Below are positions 58,699-64,000 of a stretch of DNA of 64,000 bases, in pieces. The DNA is from a virus, in IMG/VR virus record IMGVR_UViG_3300032242_001235, positions 25,960-89,959 of that record; one strand, given 5' to 3'. Made by a program: the position numbers and the translations under genes. The notes beneath the pieces were generated by a model. That model was not told the DNA's origin. It did not search any database and saw only the letters and a list, made by a program, of their open reading frames with translations. Numbering within the stretch: the first letter of the stretch is position 1; the number at the start of each line of letters is the position of its first letter.

Positions 58699-60195
58699 TT
58701 ACACAGTATTGACATTGGTTGATGGGAATTGACGAGTAGTTCCAGGCCAAACAATACGCACAGCACCACCTGCACCTGGACCAGCACATGAATATGCGCC
58801 AATACCATAATTCTGCCATCGGCCATAGTCGCCCCCTGCACCCACCGTCAAATTGTATACATTTCCTGGAGTAACAGCATAATTGTTTAAGTATGACAAT
58901 CCACCGCCTCCTCCGCCACCAGGGTTATTATTGGATCCAGATGATACATTGGCTCCGGCCCCACCTGCACCGTAGTTGCCACCATAACCGTACCCATATG
59001 TACCGCAATTTCCGTTGCCGCCACACGATCCGCCAGTGCCAGGTGATACATAGTGATTAGTAGTACAGCCAGCGTAAACTCCCGTACTCCCTGCCCCATT
59101 ACTACCTTGACCATATAGTCCAACACCACCACCACCTGATCCAGAATAAAAAGTTTTACCGCTACATGGGTGACCGCCAGAGTAACTGTTTCCGCCGCCG
59201 CCTCCACCACCACCAGCGCCATTACCACCAGTAGCGCCACCTGAGCCCCCATTGCCAGCATATCCACCAGCACCGCCGCCGCCACCACCACGATTACCAG
59301 TACCGCCTGATCCGCCATTACCACCACCAGTTCCTGCAGGATGTGTGCCAGCAGAACCACCAGTTGATGCTGCTCCGGCGCCACCACCGGTTGCTCTAAC
59401 AATTGTGGTTGATCCCCACCAACTTTGACTACCAGCAGTTGCTAAAGAATAGTTAATACATGGAGTAGTTGGTGATGTATTTGATGCGCCGCCACCGCCA
59501 CCGCCAACTACTACTACACTTACTGATGTTACACCTGGAGGTGCAGTCCATGTATAAGAGCCAGGACTTCCAAAAACTACAGATGAATATAAATTCGTAT
59601 CTATAAAAATTGTATATGTATTTGTTGCAGTCACTGCTTTTGGAAAACTACTATCGAATGAAGTGAGCGCAAATGTGTATGTGTTGTTTACTGTTGCAGG
59701 ATCTGGTGTTCCAGATATATTTGCTGAACATATAGACAATCCAGTTGGTAATGCTCCACCACTGACTGAAACTGTATATGGACCAGTGCCACCATTTGTG
59801 ACAATTGCTGTACTGGTGTATGCCGCATAAATCTTTCCATTTGTTAAAACAGTTGGTGTGATTGATGTTGTGGTAGTTCCCATCGTAATATATACTGTCG
59901 ATGAGTTAGAGTCTACTCCATTCCTAGATACATAATATGCAAATGTATCAGTACCATTAAATCCTGTATTTGGTGTATATGTGATTGAGGTTCCGGTAGC
60001 AACTACTGTTCCGTAAGTGGCCGTGCCTATTGTGTTTGCACTTGTATAACTTGCACTTACATTCAATGGAATATTATAATTTACAGAATTATATGGAATA
60101 GATACTGAAACAGGCGATGTTGCTAGATATGCCGAACATGGCATAAATGAAACTCCACTATTGAAACTAACTCCGCCTTGAATCGTTATTGTCAT
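58699..60195 (-). CDS. Adhesin-like protein: two Ig-like domains plus a polyglycine domain
   Basis: 'ITYTPNTGFNGTDTFAY', 'GGTGPYTVSVSGGALPTGL...ISGTP', then 'WTAPPGVTSVSVVVVGGGGGG...GAVRIVW'. Confidence 0.75.
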   Translation of the reverse strand: MTITIQGGVSFNSGVSFMPCSAYLATSPVSVSIPYNSVNYNIPLNVSASYTSANTIGTATYGTVVATGTSITYTPNTGFNGTDTFAYYVSRNGVDSNSSTVYITMGTTTTSITPTVLTNGKIYAAYTSTAIVTNGGTGPYTVSVSGGALPTGLSICSANISGTPDPATVNNTYTFALTSFDSSFPKAVTATNTYTIFIDTNLYSSVVFGSPGSYTWTAPPGVTSVSVVVVGGGGGGASNTSPTTPCINYSLATAGSQSWWGSTTIVRATGGGAGAASTGGSAGTHPAGTGGGNGGSGGTGNRGGGGGGAGGYAGNGGSGGATGGNGAGGGGGGGGNSYSGGHPCSGKTFYSGSGGGGVGLYGQGSNGAGSTGVYAGCTTNHYVSPGTGGSCGGNGNCGTYGYGYGGNYGAGGAGANVSSGSNNNPGGGGGGGLSYLNNYAVTPGNVYNLTVGAGGDYGRWQNYGIGAYSCAGPGAGGAVRIVWPGTTRQFPSTNVNTV

Positions 60196-60219
60196 TTTAA
60201 TAATCTCTTGAACTTATAT

Positions 60220-61206
60220 TTAAGCAATAAATGCACCACTAGATTTGAATATGTGTGTCCAACGAAGTGTATATCCACATCTCCAACTAGATACACATCC
60301 ACCACTACCTCTTTGTATATCACTTAGGTAACTTACAGCAACTATTCCAGAACCACCATTTGCACCTGGTTTTGCTGCTGGTACAGCAGATCCCTTTCCG
60401 CCAGCCCCTCCACCACCAGTATTTGTGGTACCGGCCACTGGAGTAGTAGCACCGTTGTATCCAGAACCACCACCGCCACCTCCGAGTCCACCTGCGCCAC
60501 TACGGAAAATATTACCAGGCTGTCCATATCTTGAAGGTGATCCAGCACCACCTCCACCAAAATATACAGCACTACCAACAACTTCACCTACACCAGCGGC
60601 ACTGGCAACTGCGGCAGGTATATAAAGTTTTAAATTAGTTCCAGTTCCGCCATTACCAGCAGAACAAGGTAGTGTAGTAAATCCGCCGCAAGGCAATGAA
60701 TTTCCACCAACACCGCCTGCTCCACCACCACCACCACTGACTGTAGGGAATCCTGAGTTACCAAATCCACCAGCATATCCTTGGCCTGCAATACCAGCAC
60801 CGTTCCATCGACTAGTACCTGATCCTGCTGGCGCACCACCACCACTTCCGCCGGCCTGTCCAGGAGGCTCATTATATGTAGTTGGTTGTCCACCACCAGC
60901 ACCACCTCCAGTTGCTACAGTTGCTCCGAACGAACTGTTGCCACCATTTACAGCAAATGCTCGTGCAACGGTATTACTAACGCCACCAGCACCTACAATA
61001 ACAGGATACCCGTTACATGAAATCAAAGTGGTACAGGAAATTACTACACCACCAGCACCACCTCCACCTCCCCAGCCGCCACCGCAGGAGAATGAACTAT
61101 ATCCTGGACCGCCACCGGCAACTACAATAACAGTAGCAGTGTATGGGGTCGTAGTTGGACTTATTGTAACGCCAGGTCCTATTTGTAATTGATATAATTG
61201 TGCCAT
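60220..61206 (-). CDS. Glycine-rich (polyglycine) domain protein
   Basis: VIVVAGGG...GGGGGAGG...GGSGIVAVSY...HIFKSSGAF. Confidence 0.75.
   Translation of the reverse strand: MAQLYQLQIGPGVTISPTTTPYTATVIVVAGGGPGYSSFSCGGGWGGGGGAGGVVISCTTLISCNGYPVIVGAGGVSNTVARAFAVNGGNSSFGATVATGGGAGGGQPTTYNEPPGQAGGSGGGAPAGSGTSRWNGAGIAGQGYAGGFGNSGFPTVSGGGGGAGGVGGNSLPCGGFTTLPCSAGNGGTGTNLKLYIPAAVASAAGVGEVVGSAVYFGGGGAGSPSRYGQPGNIFRSGAGGLGGGGGGSGYNGATTPVAGTTNTGGGGAGGKGSAVPAAKPGANGGSGIVAVSYLSDIQRGSGGCVSSWRCGYTLRWTHIFKSSGAFIA
60566..60651. repeat. 86-bp perfect direct repeat, copy 1
   Basis: Identical to 61535-61620 by base-by-base comparison. Confidence 0.9.
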
Positions 61207-61221
61207 ATTTGAAACCCCTTA

Positions 61222-62154
61222 TTATGCAACAAATGCTCCGCTAGATTTGAATATATGTAGCCATCGTAGTGTATAGCCGCATCTCCAACTAGATACACAT
61301 CCGCCACTACCTCTTTGTACATCACTTAGGTAACTTACAGCAACCATTCCAGAACCCCCGCAACCAGCTAGGTTACGAGCACCACCTCCACGACTCATGC
61401 CACCACCGCCTCCGCCGGTATTAGCTCCACCAGATCCACCACGAACTACAATACTGCCAATTTGACCACCGCGCCCCCCGCCACCGAGGCCGCCAGGGCC
61501 AACAGGACCACCGCCACCTCCACCACTAAACCAAACAGCACTACCAACAACTTCACCTACACCAGCGGCACTGGCAACTGCGGCAGGTATATAAAGTTTT
61601 AAATTAGTTCCAGTTCCGCCGGCTCCGGCAACGTAGTTATTTGAGGCATCTCCCCCAACACCACCTGCACCGCCACCTCCACCACTTGCATATCCTGGAT
61701 AACTTGGATCTCCTTTCCCCCCATCATACCCTTGGCCTAGAATACCAGTGCCAAACGCTAACGGATTTGCTCGTGACGTACCTACCCCGCCGCCGCCACT
61801 TCCACCGGGGGCACCGTTCGGCTCATTGTACGGATATCCCGTTTTGCCGCCTCCAGCCCCACCACCAGTTGCTATAGTTGCTCCAAATGAACTATTATTA
61901 CCATTTGTTATGATACCAAGGCCATGTACAAAGTTGCACGAATTAGTAACACCCCCGGCACCTACAATAACAGGATATACATTACATGCTAACACACTAG
62001 TATTATTGCAAATTACTACGCCACCAGCACCACCTCCGCCGCCAAAAGATGATATGCATGTTGCCATCCCAGGACCACCACCGGCAACTACAATGACTGT
62101 GGCTGTATAGGGAGTTAGTGTAGGACTAATGTTGAATGTGTATAATTGTGCCAT
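61222..62154 (-). CDS. Glycine-rich (polyglycine) domain protein, close paralogue of 60220-61206
   Basis: Same MAQLY start, TPYTATVIVVAGGGPG, NLKLYIPAAVASAAGVGEVVGSAV and near-identical C-terminus. Confidence 0.75.
   Translation of the reverse strand: MAQLYTFNISPTLTPYTATVIVVAGGGPGMATCISSFGGGGGAGGVVICNNTSVLACNVYPVIVGAGGVTNSCNFVHGLGIITNGNNSSFGATIATGGGAGGGKTGYPYNEPNGAPGGSGGGGVGTSRANPLAFGTGILGQGYDGGKGDPSYPGYASGGGGGAGGVGGDASNNYVAGAGGTGTNLKLYIPAAVASAAGVGEVVGSAVWFSGGGGGGPVGPGGLGGGGRGGQIGSIVVRGGSGGANTGGGGGGMSRGGGARNLAGCGGSGMVAVSYLSDVQRGSGGCVSSWRCGYTLRWLHIFKSSGAFVA
61535..61620. repeat. 86-bp perfect direct repeat, copy 2
   Basis: Identical to 60566-60651. Confidence 0.9.
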
Positions 62155-62169
62155 ATTTGAAAAACCTTA

Positions 62170-63339
62170 TTAACCAACGAATGTTCCGCTGGTTTTGAAT
62201 ATATGTACCCATCTAGTACTAGTGCCGCATGGATAATTTCCAATCCAACCACCTGATGCTCTTTGAACAGTACGACTGTCAGTTAGATAACTTATAACAA
62301 CTACGCCACTACCACCTTGGCCACCGTTAGCATTACTATTTGCCCCGCCACCGCCACCACCAGTATACATTCGTCCACACATAGGACTACCATAATTACC
62401 AAAAGGACCGCCGGCACAACAACATCCAACAATGGTACCACCAGCAGGCCTACGGCCACGCCCGCCACCACCGATGCCGCCTAATCCAATATCGCCTTGA
62501 TTGCTGTTTTCTGAAGAACGCAAATATGGTGATCCGCCACCTCCACCACCAAAATACAAAGATGAATACACTTGGTAATTACAGGCGTTCTGCGGCCAAT
62601 TTATGGTAGATCCAACAACTCCAATTCCTGATGCTTGTGCAATTGCTCTAGTAATTGGAACATATGCTCCGAGATCTTTACCAGGCCCGCCATTGCCACC
62701 AATAGTAAAATTTTGAAATACTTGACGGTTACATGCCGGTCCACCAGCACCTCCACCACCACCCCCACCTGCAGACATTCCGCCAGATACTTGTTGGAAT
62801 CCACCTGCACCACCAGTAAACCCTTGTGCTGCTGTTCCTGCAGCACCTGGCCTGCATGTTGCTAGATTTGGTTGTGCAGCACCACCACCTCCGCTACCAC
62901 CAACCATTGGTCCAGCTTCTGGAGAAACGCCGCCACCAGCACCTCCACCAATTGCAATATACCCAGGGAAGGAACTATTCCCACCTTTTGTCGGTGATGA
63001 TTGTAATGCAAATAATAGTCGTTGTCCTCCAGTCCCGCCCGCACCAACTACTACTGCATAGCTGGTATTCGGTGTTATGGATATATATTGTGTTGACGAT
63101 CCAAATAATACTCCGCCAGCACCTCCACCGCCACCATGAGTTGATGAAGCAAATCCACCACCTCCTCCGGCTACTACAATATATGTGGCAGTATATACCC
63201 CAGCAGTATGTTGTGCATTACATGCAAGATTTATACCTTGCCCTTTGCAACATAAACAATAACCGATCCCAGGACCCCCTCCTACTCCTAAGGATATCCC
63301 CTTACCTATTTTTACACCTGCTCCAAATGTTAATGCCAT
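62170..63339 (-). CDS. Glycine-rich (polyglycine) domain protein, Cys-rich
   Basis: YTATYIVVAGGGGG...GGSGVVVISY...RWVHIFKTSGTF. Confidence 0.75.
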   Translation of the reverse strand: MALTFGAGVKIGKGISLGVGGGPGIGYCLCCKGQGINLACNAQHTAGVYTATYIVVAGGGGGFASSTHGGGGGAGGVLFGSSTQYISITPNTSYAVVVGAGGTGGQRLLFALQSSPTKGGNSSFPGYIAIGGGAGGGVSPEAGPMVGGSGGGGAAQPNLATCRPGAAGTAAQGFTGGAGGFQQVSGGMSAGGGGGGGAGGPACNRQVFQNFTIGGNGGPGKDLGAYVPITRAIAQASGIGVVGSTINWPQNACNYQVYSSLYFGGGGGGSPYLRSSENSNQGDIGLGGIGGGGRGRRPAGGTIVGCCCAGGPFGNYGSPMCGRMYTGGGGGGANSNANGGQGGSGVVVISYLTDSRTVQRASGGWIGNYPCGTSTRWVHIFKTSGTFVG

Positions 63340-63355
63340 ATTATAAAAATCCTTA

Positions 63356-64000
63356 TTAGGCTATGAATGCGCCCGAAGCGGTGAATATATGAGTCCATCT
63401 GCGACCAACTCCACACTGTAGTGGCGCAGAATATACAGCACCACCACATCCCAATTGCCAACAACTGAGATAACTTACCATAACCACACCCTTACCACCA
63501 TTACCACCTACATAATAATTCGGAACAGCTAGGTTGCCTCCCCCGCCACCTCCACCACCAGTGTAGCCAACTCCGTTACCTGCAGGGACTGCTACTGGTC
63601 TACATGGAGTTACTATTGGGCTAGCTCCTGCACCACCGCCACCCAATCCGCCTAGACCAAATGGCAAGGTGCCTTGACCACCTAATGGCCCACGGGCTCC
63701 GCCACCGCCACCGGCAAACCAAACTTGACCGTTGCTAACGACTCCGACTCCAGATGCTGTGGATATTGCAGGTGTGATACCAAACCATGTGGTTCCAGTT
63801 CCGCCACAACCGCCAATGTTTGTAGACGGTGTTGAGATTCTTATAGCGTTTGTACCAGAGCTACCAGCCCCTCCACCACCAGCGGCATTCCATCCACCAA
63901 TTTTTGGATAAGTTGCTCCGACACCGCATATACCTGCAGCACCGCCGCCAGACTGACCTTGACCGGCTGTACCTTTCCCACCCCATTGAATTGGTGCGGT
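63356..64000 (-). CDS. Glycine-rich (polyglycine) domain protein, 5'-partial (begins beyond the window)
   Basis: Frame reads open from 64000 (TAPIQWGGKGTAGQGQSGGG...) to ...RWTHIFTASGAFIA. Confidence 0.75.
   Translation of the reverse strand, partial: TAPIQWGGKGTAGQGQSGGGAAGICGVGATYPKIGGWNAAGGGGAGSSGTNAIRISTPSTNIGGCGGTGTTWFGITPAISTASGVGVVSNGQVWFAGGGGGARGPLGGQGTLPFGLGGLGGGGAGASPIVTPCRPVAVPAGNGVGYTGGGGGGGGNLAVPNYYVGGNGGKGVVMVSYLSCWQLGCGGAVYSAPLQCGVGRRWTHIFTASGAFIA

Noticed and set aside
60229-61620. Possible diversity-generating retroelement TR/VR pair
   Set aside because: No reverse transcriptase in the window; both copies are coding; one block is identical and the other differs mostly at synonymous sites without adenine specificity.
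55364-63359. Plus-strand Pro/His-rich ORFs (e.g. 55364-55786, 61748-62110, 62826-63359)
   Set aside because: Antisense shadows of GGN codon runs in the polyglycine genes; no RBS or promoter and fully overlapped by better ORFs.

Overview
The window is a gene-dense, AT-rich 64-kb slice of a large T4-related myovirus genome (Caudoviricetes). No host genes, tRNAs, rRNAs or CRISPR arrays were seen. Layout: (1) 1-19.4 kb, Thr/Gly/Ser-rich fibre/adhesin genes (a 12-LamG-domain giant, a beta-propeller fibre, a polyglycine protein) followed by 2OG-Fe(II) oxygenases, a cupin and small accessory genes. (2) 19.4-37 kb, morphogenesis core: NUDIX, gp15, gp14, gp13, dNMP kinase, HNH, sheath gp18, tube gp19, collagen-like fibre, gp4, small and large terminase, acidic putative internal head proteins. 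(3) 37-52 kb, replication/recombination core (gp32, UvsX, UvsY, UvsW, gp62-like, primase, helicase) interrupted by a methyltransferase, a cupin, an HldD/HldC/HldA-like nucleotide-heptose cluster and a 195-aa minimal DnaE. (4) 52-64 kb, AlgH/YqgE, a nucleotidyltransferase, a 5'-nucleotidase and a minus-strand tandem array of polyglycine adhesin-like paralogues. Best leads: a modular polyglycine adhesin repertoire with constant scaffold, variable Cys-rich loops, a shared N-terminal tag and a recurring partner gene; an exact TAAATA-N5-ATG spacing at nine genes implying leaderless late mRNAs; the heptose-pathway cluster; and the mini-DnaE. All calls come from motif recognition by eye; no searches were run.
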